Below are positions 14,327 through 29,127 of a DNA stretch of 64,000 nucleotides, piece after piece. The DNA lies in the NCBI GenBank assembly GCA_012295275.1, contig CM022671.1, positions 3,162,001 to 3,226,000 on the forward strand, given 5' to 3'. Numbering within the stretch: position 1 is the first letter of the stretch; every line of letters starts with the position of its first letter. The stretch comes from Chrysomallon squamiferum. Its lineage: Eukaryota; Animalia; Mollusca. The translations under genes were made by a program, and so were the position numbers. The notes beneath the pieces were generated by a model, which was not told the DNA's origin, did not search any database, and saw nothing but the letters and a program-made list of their open reading frames with translations.

Positions 14327-17300
14327 TCAAAATACATATTTTTAAAATTGAATAACATAACTGGTATGATTTCATTTTCAGATCTCTAAAAAGAAGATGC
14401 CGTTTCAAGATTTTAGAGCAAATGCAAACATCTGGTATGCAATGTAATAATATTGTAAATAGATTGGGTAACTAACATAATTGAATATGACATTTGAAAT
14501 GAAGAATAAAGGATAAAATTTGTTTGTGTTTATTATAAATATATATTATACTTTTAAATAACTGTTAATATTCAAATGTTGAAGTGTTGTTCCAATTTAT
14601 TTATTTGTTTCAATGAAACATTTGGAGCTGTAACAGATATTTAGGTGTATAGTTGATATAATAAAGTATACTCATACTTTTGCAGTTAGGTTTCTGGAAT
14701 TATAAAGAAATAAAAGAGAAGATATATGATACTGATATTCTATGTATGTTGTTAATATAAATCTGTGTTTCAGTGAGATAATCGGAGCTATACAAGATGT
14801 TGATGCTGGAGTAACAACAAGTGCTCATTTAAGAGGTGGAGTTGTCTACAATAATTGTTTTACAGGTTAGTTACACACACAGGTGTATAACACATACTGT
14901 GGTCATTTTTATTTCTATCCACACTTGATGTTTCTACCCATCTGAAGATATAATGTTTTGTATTCTTGAAAAGATAAAACACAAACAAATACATTTAAAT
15001 TAAAAGTGGTTTATCTGTGTATGTGCAGAGAGAGACTGTTGAGTTTAAGTTAATTTTATTTCATGAAAAATAAGTTGTTGAAAATCACAAAATGCTGTAA
15101 ACTGAAGAGGAATCATTTTATTGCTAAAATATTGTCTTGGTTCTTAGCCAATCGATTTTGAGATGAATAATTTTGAACTGAAAAATGAAGTATGGTTGTC
15201 TTTCACACATGTATTTCCAGATCTGATACATTAAAGCTAATGTATTTCTGCCAGTAATTCTTCCTTTTGATAATTCAAACGTGGCAGTTTTTAAGCCCAC
15301 TTAAAATTTACAGAATATACTTTGGCATTGTTTTGTGATTAGGAGGTGACATGATTGATTGGCTGATGAGATGGTCCATTGTCCGTAACCGTGACAATGG
15401 CACAGCTATGGCTCAGACACTGTTGAAACTTGGACACATACAGGAAGTGGACCTGCATGATGGTAGCAGTGGTGTTAGTGCAAAGTTCAATGATGGAGAG
15501 AGACTGTACAAATTTGTAAGTAAACTGTTTCTTTTACATAAGTGTTTGTATTATTTGTGTGTGTTATTTTAATGGTATTGTTGTCAGTGTATGTTCTAAT
15601 GTACGTGAGTGTGTCATTTCAGACTTCAATTAACCTTGGACTCAAACACAACAGTTTCTATGACAGCACTGATGATGATTCAAGTTCCTCTGACGATGAT
15701 GATGAAGATGACGAAACTAAAAAGGAGAAAATGAAGAAAGGAAAGGTTATCAAAGAAGCTTTCCTCATGAAGAAGGTATCAACAGCATTCTGTTTCATAA
15801 CAGTGATTATAACTGCCGAAGAACATCACTAGTTCTGTTAGATATATAGCACATCTTCCAATGTAATTAAATATACCCCAGCCCCTCTACTGAACATACA
15901 TATATTTTTCTTTGAAATATTTCTGTTGTTTATATATATATATATATATTAATACATATATAAAACAAAATTTATTTTTATTTATATATTTTTTTTTTTT
16001 TTTTTTTTTACACAAGTGACTGATGGAACTTGATGTTATTAATTATTATTAAGTGGTGTTGTTGATATATTAATAATGTATAACTTAACATGTAATTTTA
16101 GAGGAATTTACGTAAAGGTTGGCATGTGGTGAAGGCGTGGCTCAGAGAAAAACCAGCACACTTGCAGTACCAGAAAGCTTCGTATGTATCGGTAAGTTTT
16201 AAATCAGCTTGTGTTGTGGGTTAAGTTCTTTTATAGAAAGTTTCTGTATCATGAGTCCCTTTAAAGTTTCACACAAACATTTTTAATTCTTAATTTTTTT
16301 TAACTTATATTTTTATTTATTGTTTTATTTATTGTTTTTTTTGATGACTGGAAAAATGCAATGTATTTAAACCTTAAAAGTTTTGACTATATTGTTTTTT
16401 TTTTTTAGTCTTGATTTTAGATGTATCTGTGGAAGAGTTGGTTCATTAGAAGTAAAATTTATTTATTTCATTTTCTAAATTTATTTATTTATTATTAAAG
16501 TTTATTACTATATTTTTTTATTTCATTTTCTATGTTTATTTATTTATTTTTATTCATAAAGTTTATTTTTAGCTTTTTATTTATTTGTTTTTATTTTTTT
16601 TTTTTTATCTGTTTTCATTTTGTCATGGCAGGGTTGTGAGGACCAAATAAAGACCAAACAGATTTGTTTAGAAAACAGTACCATCACAGAACAAGTGAAA
16701 CCTGCAACTACAAGTAAAGGTAATTATAATATGTAGTATAGTAAGCAGCTTTTTAAACTCAAAAAAGGAAAACAAATCTTTATCAAATTGTATTTTATAT
16801 AATCAATAAATAAAAATTAAATTTATATATGAATGAAAAAAGTAATATAATAAACTGAATGTTACAAGTATGCATTTTTAATTTTAATTTTTATCTATCA
16901 CTTTATGAAAAGCATTTTTATTTTTATTTTTTTTTTTTTAAGATAATTTTAATGTGTTAATTAACAAGGATTGAATAAAAATAATCAATAATTTTAACTG
17001 GATAAGACTTATTGTCATTTAGTATTATAGAAAGAAAACAAAACAAATAAATAACAAAAATTATTTAGCTGAGAAAACTTTTGATATGACTGATACAATT
17101 CTCACTGTTGGTGATTAGCAAAAATGAGAGACATTTTTATATTTGTTTTCTGGGCTGGTTGTGTAGAGATGTTAGATGTGTGGTTAGATTGCTGGTCTGA
17201 GGTGTGACTGGTAGTAAGATCAGTTCTCATCAGGACTTCTTTTAGACTAGTTTTCTCTGCAACTACAGCTCCATGAATTGTTTTTTAAATGCTTTCCTAT

Positions 17301-17582
17301 CCATGGAAAAAATAAAATAACTGATGTCTTTTTGGTTTTTTAAATAATATATTTGCAGTCTCAACATTATATGATTTACTTTAATGATGAGAACAGAATA
17401 ATTAAGTGTTGATAAATAAAACATTTTTTCTGTCAGGGCTAGGGATGAAGTGTAAGACAGCGAGGTATCGTTTGTGTATTCGTGACAAGAGAGGGAAGTG
17501 TATCACCTTTCAAACCCGGGACGACCAGGAAAAGTGTGAGTGGCTCACTGAGTTGAAACATCTCAGCTCCACAGACAAGTAG
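12539..17582 (+). CDS. PLEK: Pleckstrin-like protein (PH-DEP-PH), 10 coding exons, 375 aa
   Basis: Exons 12539-12586, 13391-13549, 13874-13999, 14382-14434, 14774-14865, 15343-15515, 15623-15775, 16102-16191, 16632-16719, 17437-17582; all introns GT-AG, 1128 nt, open frame, Kozak gccATGG. PH1: LRSGFLL..KWKAKW..VPLKGCSIASPC..LFKIST..LYFQA..DREGW. DEP: NNCFTGGDMIDWL..AQTLLKLGHIQ..RLYKF. PH2: VIKEAFLMKK..RKGW..LREKPAHLQY..FQT..EKCEW. PLEK versus PLEK2 orthology is not resolvable here. Confidence 0.9.
12823..13035. repeat. Direct duplication (~75 bp, ~130 bp apart) in pleckstrin intron 1
   Basis: ttccaag(a/g)atacaatatttatttagtatacttgttactgtt...ctcatgtgtaatt occurs at about 12824 and 12951. Confidence 0.8.
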
Positions 17583-17780
17583 TAAAACATTTCAACAACA
17601 AGCAGAAAAAACATTTCTTCAACATTTCAACAATAAGCAGAAAAACATTTATCAACATTTCAACAATAAGCAGAAAAAAAACATTTCTTCAACTTTTCGA
17701 CAATAAGTAGAAAAACATTTCTTCAACTTTTCAACAATAAGCAGAAAAAGATTTCGTCAGCATCTCAAAAAGTAGGACAT
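17555..17780 (+). repeat. ~34-bp minisatellite beginning at the pleckstrin stop codon
   Basis: Unit aag(c/t)agaaaaacatttcttcaacatttcaacaat, 5-6 copies; the first copy contains the TAG at 17580-17582. Confidence 0.8.
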
Positions 17781-18754
17781 TTTTGCCTGATCAGCAACAA
17801 AATAAAACACATTTGTTCATTGTTAACAACAAATAACCATTTCATCCACATCACAGCAAATAATCTTTATTTCATTTTTTTCATTCTTTTATACTTAACT
17901 ATTTTTTAACACTTTTTTCTTCAAAGTCTTTAATACTTTTTTAAAATATTTATATTGTCTACTTTTCAAATGTATTTAATAAGCTTTGTAAATATCTAGG
18001 AAGATGATTTTTAATTAATGGCAGCTGTAAACTATTTGCCTTAATTTAATCTTTCTCTTTACAAATTCAGACATGTTTCTAAGGTGCTCCCACACCTGTG
18101 AATTTACAAGCTGTCTAACACAGTGACACCTAGTAAATAATGAAAAATGTTTTTCTACTCATAACTTTTACAAAGGTCACTAAATGAAAAAATATATATT
18201 CATTTATAACTGTTTTTATAAATTTTTAAAATTGTTTTATAAAGGTGGTGGGGGTTTTAATAAATGTACTAACTAGTCAATAACTCTATATTTATATGAA
18301 AAGGGTGTTCCATAAATCAGAAATATACTGAATTGTTATTTTTATTTGAATTGTTTTCTTATTTAATTACGCCTTGTATTATGAAGTGATTTACACATTC
18401 ATCATTATTATTAAGTGGGCCTTTTTGGGTAATTTATTTATTGGGAACAACACTTGTTCAATAAATCTACCTCAAAATTTATTTATAATAATGATGAATG
18501 TCAAATTAATTTTTTTTTTAGATTTATGTCATCAGCATGGTGAATTCTATTTAAGATTTGCAACTTATGGGACACCCTCTATACTTAATAATAACAGCTT
18601 TTCTATTTATTGTTAACAAATACTTTTAGTAGATATGCTACACCTTATTACACAATGTAAAAATTAGTCTACACTTTGTTATATAATAATGTAGGTATTA
18701 ATAATATTACACTGATGTTAAATACAGGATGTTTATAAATGGTGTTGAAAGATC

Positions 18755-18815
18755 AATAGCTCAGTGATTACAACACAACACTCAGGTATAACAGGTCATA
18801 GGATTGATCCTCTTC
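18755..18815 (+). mobile_element. Decayed tRNA-derived SINE head
   Basis: A-box-like TAGCTCAGTGA (18757) and B-box-like GGATTGATCC (18801) at tRNA-like spacing. Confidence 0.4.
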
Positions 18816-21800
18816 TATGTCAGTAGAGGACCATTTTCTCTTTAATGATAATAATCATTTATTACTAAAGTTATGTGCTTTTATAGGAAAGTTCAAATAC
18901 AAAGTACCTTGAGGTTTATCACTGAGTAAACCTTAGCAATACAGCATCAGGTTTTATTTCTAGTATCATTGATATGGACTAATGAAAAATGTCATATGAT
19001 GTATAGTAGATTGTGTTACAGTATTGTGACAATTAAAGTGTCACTTTGCATTCAGGGGATGTAAAATTATGATAAAAGCCATTGCTAAAGATTACTCACT
19101 AAGTCAGTTGTTGAACAGTTCTGTAAAGATTGTAAACTGCAAAGCAATTAGAAGTTTGAACGAGTGTTTAATAACCTAAGTTGTACATCCTGTGTTTTTT
19201 TTTATATATACTATTGTTAAATAACAGTATATCTAGCATGTATTGTAAAATAAAACATAATGCAGAAATTATTATTTATAATGTGTAATGAAATATTAAT
19301 TGTGCAATCTGAGTATAGTATAAAACTTTTTTTTTACTTTAGTGTTTTCATTTTTTTCATTTTTTTTAAAAATATTTCTTGTTTTAAAAGATATGGTTGA
19401 TATTATTTAGGTTACATATTCATTACCTGAAATTACTGAAAACAGATCTGTTTTAAAATTTACAATTTTTCTTTGTTTGGAAAAGTAAAATCTGTGTCTT
19501 GTAGCACACAGCTGAGCCCAGTTATTAAAAACTCTAATGAACAGACACACTGACCTAGATAAATAATCACTGTAATTGTTTCACACATAAGAAAGGAAAA
19601 GATTAACTAAACTACCAGCATATATAAATTAAGATAAATGTTGTTTATATACAAAGAATATTTTACATTTAACAGTATAGGTAGGGTTTTTGGTGGAGGA
19701 TGGGAGGAATGGCTTTTCAGATTTAGAGTTGTTGTATAGTAGACCTGTATCTTTCATCTTACTACATATGTTAAGGAAATCCTCACAGAAATCTAAAACA
19801 CCAGCTTTGTACATATTGAAAACTGCATGTGTAAATATACTTTATTTAAAATGGCAGCTCATTAATGTTCATTTATTGAATATTTATTGGATAGAATAGC
19901 GAATATTATTGTGTGATTGTGTAATCAATGCAGACAAAATATTTATTTATAACAGATGTTTCTACTTGATATGAAATGTACATCATTTTAAACTTATATT
20001 TACTTGTGTATTGTCGTACTTCCATTGACATCTAGAATTTACATTCTGTAATCTTTACATTGACGTTTGTGTGGAGTTGATTGAGAAAAGCATTCCACTG
20101 GTTGTGATAACAGAAAAGTTCATGTCATTAAAACCATTAGGCAATATAATGTGAATCATTTAATTTGTTATATATACATGCCATATATACATGCCATTCC
20201 ATTTATCTATATATATATATATATGTTCCTCATAATGTTCCGTATCTTCATTCAAATAAGAATATTAATATGCAGCTTTTATGGTAGAAATAGCCTAAAA
20301 ATATCAATTATGTTTCCAAATGATTTTTATCTTTGAGAAGACCAACATTTGTTAATACTTTAGTCACTCTTTCTTATCTACTTTCATGTTTAACATGTAT
20401 CTGGTGATGAAAACAAATTGTCTGAGACATTTTATAAGATTGTTTTTTTTTTCAGATCAACCTTTGCTAATAATAAAATATGTTCAAAAAGATAAATTAT
20501 TTACTATTATATCAGTCTGTCAGTTTCATTTAATTTATATTTCTGTTATAAGATGTAGAAACAGAAATACTTAGGCTTGTTATTTCATTATCATGCTTAA
20601 TTATTAGCAAGATTGGTTTCAAAATAAATACAATCACTTATAGTTATTATATTATTTATACATGTTATTAGTGTTGCTACTGATGTGTTTGCTGTTGATT
20701 CAACTTATAGCACTTTGACAATTCTGAGTGTTCTGGTTATCTGTATTTCTTTTCTTATTATTATATTCTTTATTATCAAAAGTTTCTTCAAATTTTTATT
20801 AAAAATATTTTAATGTACCAAAATTCACCTAAATTTAATTAGTCTTTTGCCATGTTTCTCTATATCAAAAAAAATGGTTTTTTATTTTACATTTTTAATA
20901 TTTGCTTGATTGCATTTTTTTTGGTTTCATTTTTCTTTATTTTAATTTGTAGAATATAAGAATTATATTAAATATTATATTATATTTCAATTTAATTTTT
21001 ATAATCATTTTGTTATATTGTTGCAATAGTTTTGTTTTTCGATAATCCACAAAATACAGTTATCTGTTTTGTTTATTCTAGTCATTTTCACATCTGAGTT
21101 GATAAATAATTATAATTATTAACGCATGTGTGCAATAAGTTGCTTGTCCCTCCCAACATTTACTTCAGATGTAACATGTCACACATTTCTAACAGTTGAC
21201 TAGGTTACATCTACCTCTCAATGTAACTGTTTTATTATCATTATTTATTTTAATTAATGATTAAAAAGTATATCAAAATTGAAGTCACATTGTTTTGTTT
21301 TCTTTGTGGTAAATATTTACAATTTGTAGCATTACAGAAATCTAGAAATCCAGAGAGGAAATTGTTACTGATGATAAATTCTCATTGGGAAACACACACA
21401 CATATCTCTTAATTGAAATGGATGTTATTATGATTGACAAATGATAACTGAACATCACACTGGACTATATAATAACATACAAAAGACAATTTAGTGTACT
21501 GTGAACACTAAAATGGTTATTTTGGATAAAAAGAAAACAAAAGTTTTGTAGTCATGAAGCTGCTAAAGAGATCAACCAAAGAGTTAGTCTTCTCCTTGTA
21601 TACAATGTTAAATGTTAAATAGAAAACAGACACGGTGTTTCAATGTGGTAATGTTTTATGTATGTGAGTCTGACAATGCACATCAAAACACAATGCACAT
21701 TATGCTACTTGTGTAAAAAGAAAAACTGAAAAGGTTCTGTGACACATCTCTGCCGAGATGTTTCATTCAACAGTCATATACAAAATACTTCATTCGCAGT

Positions 21801-22090
21801 ACAACCAGCTGTACAGTTCATGTAAAAATTGCATGCATAAAAAAAATAGTTAAAACAATATCTAATGAATGACAGGCATTTTTTTTTTTTGTCTGAGGCA
21901 ATTTTTTTTAAATAAGGCTTAAACCAAAATTTAAAAAATTATAAAGAAACTATAAATTAAATTTAGTAAAAAGAACAAAATGCAAAAAATCTCAATTTCT
22001 GAAAATTAAGAGCATAAAAAATATACCTATTATTAAAAAATATTATTTCAGTGTTTGTATATGTGTATGCAGGTAGGTAGGTAGGTATGA

Positions 22091-22149
<59 letters not shown>

Positions 22150-22769
22150 GTGTCTATGCACTTATGTATGTATGTACATCTAATGAGAAATGAATATTTT
22201 GTGATTAGACTGCTAATAAATCATATTAAAAATTACAGGCTGTCAGTTAAACAGACTTGAATTTACAGTATTATATCTGGATGTTGATTATTTAAAATAA
22301 AACAGAATAAGCTGTTCTAACATTAACTGTTAACAAGCAGTTGATACTATAGATATTTTTAATACTTAAAATCATATTGTGAATATTACTGTAGTCTAAA
22401 TAGAAATGTAGAAATTTATATAGTGAAGTAAAAAAAAAAATGAAGATGTAACTAATTATTTAAACAGAAAATTAAAAAATTAAATGAAAGGTCATGGAAG
22501 TAAAAACAAAACTTATTCTTTACAACACACAAATGTATCAGTATGGTAATGACACAAAATGTATAATGAAGTTTTAAAATGTTCTAACTTTTAGCAAGCA
22601 GACGGTAAAAATGTATAAAGTTTATCATTATAAAAACATTTTACATATATTTTTTTTTTGTACATACATTGTGCTGCAGAATCAGATTTTCTTTTAAATT
22701 AAAAATGAAAATGCAAAACATGAAAAATACATCGACCAACAAACACAAATTCAGTACAAAAAAAAATGA

Positions 22770-23225
22770 TAATTTTAAATACTTCCTAGAAAACATGTTC
22801 TAGATTACAATTTTGAATATTTCCTAAAAAAAAATTCAAGAATATATGATTTTAAATATTTCCTAGAAAACACATTCTAGATGACATGATTTTATATATT
22901 TCCTTAAAAAAAAAAACATTCTGGATTACATTATTTTAAACATTTCCTAGAAAACAAGTTCTAGATGACTTGATTTTTAATATTCTACAAAATGTTATTT
23001 TAAACATTGGTAGAATTTTTTTTTAAATAATTTCTGAAAATGCCATAGATGCCATGATTTTAGAAATACTCTATAAATAATGTTCTAAATATGATTTTAA
23101 AAACATTCTATGAAAAATGTTCTAGCTAATATGATTTTAAGAACATTATAGAATAAGATCTGATTTGTTTTAAAACAAAATTCTTTAAAACATATTCTGC
23201 TTGTCAAGATTTTAAAAACATGGGA
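22770..23225. repeat. Degenerate ~35-bp minisatellite (TTTTAAATATTTCCTAGAAAACATGTTCTAGATTACA)
   Basis: About 10 decayed copies, each with an internal quasi-palindrome CTAGAAAACATGTTCTAG. Confidence 0.75.
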
Positions 23226-23676
23226 AATCTCTCTTGATTCGTTGTGATGTAGAAAATATCCTATTTTCTGATTACATAGAACTGCTGGACTGGTTACGTC
23301 TGTTGTTGTTTTTGTTTGTTTAAAAAAAAAATAATTATAATTAGTATTTTTTATATTATATTATATACACATTCAGTTTCTGTTATGTTTTGTTCACTTT
23401 ATATGAAAAAAGATTTCTATTATAAAATGGTTTTGTTTAATACAGTATTCATTTTCACCAAGAAGTGATTCATGGTTTTTCTCTTGTACGTTTTTATGAA
23501 GGTATTTACAATTTTCAGAGATTACATTTCACCACTTTCTTACTATTAAAATCTCAATATATAAACAAGGAGGTTAAATAAACGAAAAATTTAATTAAGT
23601 TTTAAATTTCTTCTTTCAAAATAGCATAAAGTGGTAGAATTAAAGTGAAAAAATTTATTTAAACTATTTTTACACA

Positions 23677-23719
<43 letters not shown>

Positions 23720-24147
23720 AATAATGTTAAACAATTAATTTCTAATGCTGCAATTATACCTAAACAAATATTAAAACATGTTTGAAACGTTTTGAAATAT
23801 CAAAATAGGAAAAAAAATATTATTAATTACCTATGGATCTATACTTTGTAAAATACACAATAATGTTTATTATAAAATATCTCAAATATCTAATCTCTAG
23901 TTATATTATGTGTAATATCTTATAATATCATGAACTGCTTAAGATAAACAAAAACACTGATAATGCAGCAAGAATGTAACACTGAACAAGTATTGCAGTT
24001 ATTACATGTTTAATAAGCACCATTGTACTGTGATGTGAATTCGGACAACATTTGACAACACAAGCTAATACAAATCAAACTAAACATATGCTGGTATCTG
24101 TAATAGTTTCTCCATAATCTGATGATAACTGCTCTAACAGAAGATGA

Positions 24148-24222
<75 letters not shown>

Positions 24223-26094
24223 TCACGCTTGCAAAATAATGACATACTAACAGGCACACACAAACACACAATCACATACATAAATGCATATACACACTCA
24301 ATCATAGACATAAATGCATGTACATATAATGACATACAAACATAAATGCACAGATAAAGCCATACTGGTACTAAAGAAAAATGACATTCTATACATTCAA
24401 CATTTGTATGAAAATTATAAATTTTGCATTTTAGTGAACTGCTAATGAAACAAATACAACATTACTATACAAAAATAGCTTCTCTGTTCTCTTACAAATA
24501 CCAGTTTTTCTTTCATAAAAAAACACATTAATTTCTTACACCCTGAACATTACAGAAATTTGGCAATATTTGATTTGGGCTGAAAAACAAACAAAATTAT
24601 AAGAACAAAATACTGTTTTGAATGCTTAGGACATTACCTGAAAATCTGGAAAACTTGGCAAAAATTACCCAACCTCATATATACAAATGTAAACAACCTT
24701 CTAATCAAAATTCCACCCTAACTAATTTAAATAACTTGTTAAATGAAAAAGCAATATGATATTTTTTTATTGGACTTAAAAAAAGAAAGTTATATTATAA
24801 CACAAAATAATCTGATTTGTCTAGGAATCTCTTTCAAAAACTGAACTGTAGCCTAAGAAAAAGGCACAATAGAAGACAAATAATAACAACCTACTCACAA
24901 CCTACATCTACACTTGTGCATTAAAAGGTAAAAACATACAGCAAATTGCATGCAAGTATCATAAGACACAATGAATTCTTTTTAAAAACAAATTCAAACT
25001 AAATTTTGTTTATTTTATTAATGATATGAAAGGTTTTACTGAAATATGCACTTCTTTAAACAAACATGATCCTCAAATAGTGGTAAATTAATATATAATA
25101 ATAATACTTCATTAAACTGGCAACTATATATTTTATCAAAATTATGACTTCCCATTTTTATGTTTTTTAAATGTGTTTTTATTTAAGCTTTCAGTTTTCA
25201 ATTTATAAATTTTACTTGCAAGTATAAATTTATTTCAAAAATTTTAAGTTTCATATCTAATAAAACTAAATAAATAAAAAAGTCAGTATTACTAGTTGTG
25301 CTCAGCTAATGTTTTCTCTGAGATGCAGTGTTACACATCATAATATTAAGTACCATTATTATTCTACTGAAATCAACAGAGTTCTGTCCTAGTTAGATTA
25401 TCCAACATATTTGTAATCTCAAATAAATAGAAGATATAGAAATACATGTAAGTCAAAATACAAAATTATATTTACAATACTCAGTAAGCTGAAATAAATA
25501 AAAGAAATGCACTGACTGGTTAACCTGTTTCTGAAAATGTACAACAGCAGACGGCAGCATGTTTCAATTTGAAAATATCTACATTAACAAATGGTATCAC
25601 ATTTTCTTCCAAGAAATAAATAATTGAAATAACTGAAACATTTTGTATAATGGAGTTTTAGAAAACCAGATCTTTTTTTTTTCTCTCACTGATAAAAACA
25701 CACTCGTCAAAACATGTGTAACAAAATTTAATTAATAATATTTTTCAGAAGCTCATGGGTTTTGGTTTTTTTTTTAAATGTTAACAACATGAAAATAAAT
25801 TAATCTGAACAAATCTGAACTGTAAACTTTATGGGCAGCATTAACAACAACCACCAAAAACTTTATGAAATAAAAGTATTTCAGCTTCATACCAGTTCTA
25901 ATACCACTTCACATTGGTCTGACTATGGCAAAGGTTATGACACACCATACATATTTCTCATCAATTTGCTTTGCTCTAAATCCACAAATATATACAGACA
26001 TGTGGCTTGACCAACATCATTTATTATTACTGTGTTTTGTCAACAGAATTGTTTCTATTAGGATAAGTTTTGATCATGTGGAGTCAACACTGCA

Positions 26095-26580
26095 AAATTG
26101 TTTAACACACTGTTTGTGTAATGAATTAACCATATTACTTATATAACAGTTTAATCATTTAACATGATTAATGTAAATATTTATGCAACAATTTAACAGA
26201 TGTGTAATCATTGAATATTATTTATGTTGTTATTTATAAACTCTTTATGTTATGAATTAACATAATTTGTATAATCATTTAACACATTTTTGTAATTACT
26301 TTGCAAAATTAATATAATAAATTAACAGCGATTTAGGACACCAGTTAACATTCAGGTTTTAACACTATTTAACCAGCTAACATTATCTGTGTAAACTTTA
26401 ACACATTTTATGTAATCAATTAACATTATGTAACATTTTAACACTGTGTAACTGAACATTATTTATGTAAGGGTTTAACATTATTTATGTAATCAGTGAA
26501 AGTTATAAAATAAGAAAGAATTTGACATCATTTAATATTATTTATGTAATAATTTAAAGGTTTATGTAATACTTTCAAAA
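26095..26580. repeat. Degenerate ~23-bp minisatellite (TTTAACACATTATTTATGTAATCA)
   Basis: Recurrent tttaacac/attatttatgtaat motif. Confidence 0.65.
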
Positions 26581-29127
26581 CTTGGTTTGTAAAAATAAAT
26601 GATTAAAACTACTCAGAGAGTGAATGCAAAATTTAGTTACCCTCTGTACATTTCAACTATCTGCTACAACGAACAATTCCATTGGATGGAGGTCTACACA
26701 CACAACATAACCATGTAAATACACACAATACTTCACACATTACTGTACAATACTTGATATGTCCTCATTAGCCAATCAGATCAGCAATACTAACAAACTA
26801 TTTGATTGGTTGTTACTATCCTGAGCTATGTAAAACATTGAGCTAATAAATATTTATGAGCAAGATACCCAATCTGTTATGTGTTATATTCAAGACAGTT
26901 CTCCAATCTGTACAAAGTATTAAAGTTTAATTTAAATGTTTTGTTATTTTATTTTATTATATTATTTTTTCATTTATTTTTCATTTTATTTTATTTTGTT
27001 TGTTTGTTTGTTTTTTTGTTGTTGTTTTTTGTATCTTAACTTGTTTTGGATTTTTCTTAATTTTTTGGTTATTTTTATGTGTTACTGTAATATATATTTT
27101 ATCAAATATGAAAGTAAAAAAAATAAAATTTCTTAAAAGCAAGAAAAAAAAAAAAAATATTATACACATATGTATAATGCATTAGCAAACTGTATAAAGA
27201 TGTTTTTAAAAAATTAAAAATTCTATATAATATTTAAAAACAAACTGTAGAAATTAATAATAATATATATTTGATATATGCCCTCATTAAATTTTGTTTA
27301 AGATACATATATGCCCTCAATAAAATTCTTTCAAATGGATCTCCTTGCCTTGAATAAATGCAAAAGTCCCTTGCTACTATAATACTACAAATAAATTTAG
27401 AACAGTTTTCACAAAAGACATATAAATAAATTAAACATTTTTTAAATCTTTTAAATAGGCAAGATGTGTATTTTGAGATTTTGATTTTTCTTCCTTTTCT
27501 TGTATCTATTAACAATTCTAACCAATAATACATCTATTAAGTGGTATAAAGAAATAGTCTTAATGCATTTTTCAAATTTCCAAGTGACTGTTTTATTCGT
27601 AGAAGCCAATCTTTAATAATAATAAAATATGTTAAGAATAAAAAGCCTATGATATCATTCATAACAGTTTAAGTAACAAGGCCAAAAATAGGAACGTTTT
27701 AAAAATTACAAATAAAGAACATAAAACAGCATGTCTAGTGTTTGTAATATTAATCTCAAACTTCATTATTAACAAAGATTGAGAAACAAACAATCACATG
27801 GTAATAGAAAATGCAAGGAAAGCTATTTGGTAATACTCTCAATGAGTACTAAATGAAATACTGATGCATGAACGATTCATATTAAAAATACACATAAAAA
27901 AACCCACTAACATTGATAAGAAATCTTTGACACTTAGATGATGACAGCATGAAAAGACAATACAAGATGATACAGTATAAAAAGAAACATGGACAACTGA
28001 CTGTATGCTAAATTTACAATCACTAAATACTACATTTAAAAAATGTACATAATAAAATGCAAGAAAGATGTATGTACAGGCAATGACTAGCGGTTAGTAT
28101 ATCTCATAATATATAAATATTATTTTTATGCTTGATAAAAAAAGAAGTTAGAATTTTCTAATATCCTTAAGCTTTCTTTTAAGCCAGAACAGTGTTCTTT
28201 AAAACGAAATCTTTCTTCTTGCAGCCAGAAGAAATCTCTGTTTTTGGTAGTACTTTTTGACGGAACCTTCTGGAACTGTCTCCTTTTATAGTGGAATCAA
28301 CTGGAACTATCTCTCTTCGTGGTACAACTTATACCTTTTGAAAAGGAAATTTCTATGATACTAGAAGAGTTGTCTTTTAATACTAAGATGCTTTCCTTTT
28401 AAACTAAAAATTCTCCTTCATTCAACAACTTGCTCCTTGCTCTTTTTTCTATACTGAAACTTTCTCCTTGATCTGGTACAGTCTGTGTTTTAACTGCAAC
28501 TTCCTGCTTCACAAGCCGAACTAATTATTTCACTGTCAGACAAAAAGAATTTCAACTATCTTCAGAAAACAAATTTCCATTCCTTATTTCAGTTTGTTAA
28601 TGAAAGTTTCTGACTTGCTGTCTCTAAGACTGTAAAAGAAGAACAGGTTTTACAACTTGGATAGAACTGCCAAGTTTATTTTCCTGTGTACAACAATGGA
28701 GCACCTGCCAGATCACAGACAGTTACTAATGTAATTCATCACGTCATGTAAACATGCTATCAAGTGTCTATGAGCAGCTCTAAAAGAAATGGTTCTGTAT
28801 ACATGGCATATCAAATAATACATGCATCTGATTAAATTCTAAATTTTGTAAAACAAAAAAAATTAAATAAATAATAATAATAAAGTAAATGAAATAACCT
28901 TTGACCATTTTAAAAGGTTGTCTTCTTCTTAATTATTTATATTTTCAGTGTTTTTCACTTTCTACACTACACATCAAGTGCTGTCACACAACACGGACTA
29001 ATCAAACATTTTGCATACAGTTGTTCTGATTTCTGTATTTTTAACAACAGTTGTCACAGGGTTTTTTTCTATTTTTGTCTTACACTTGTACTCTGGTTTA
29101 CATCTTTCTACTCTACTGGTTTCTTCT

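Noticed and set aside
23678-23716. Long poly-A run as a retrocopy tail
   Set aside because: No adjacent coding or recognisable SINE body and no evident target-site duplication; homopolymers are common throughout the window.
26770-26812. Short inverted repeat AGCCAATCAGAT...ATTTGATTGGTT as a miRNA precursor
   Set aside because: Stem is only about 12 bp with a large loop; too short for a pre-miRNA.
28200-28650. Purine-rich (minus) block with a good acceptor near 28630, considered as an alternative last PTP exon
   Set aside because: All frames close within about 15 codons after the acceptor and no convincing partner donor was found; more likely decayed repeat in the 3' UTR.
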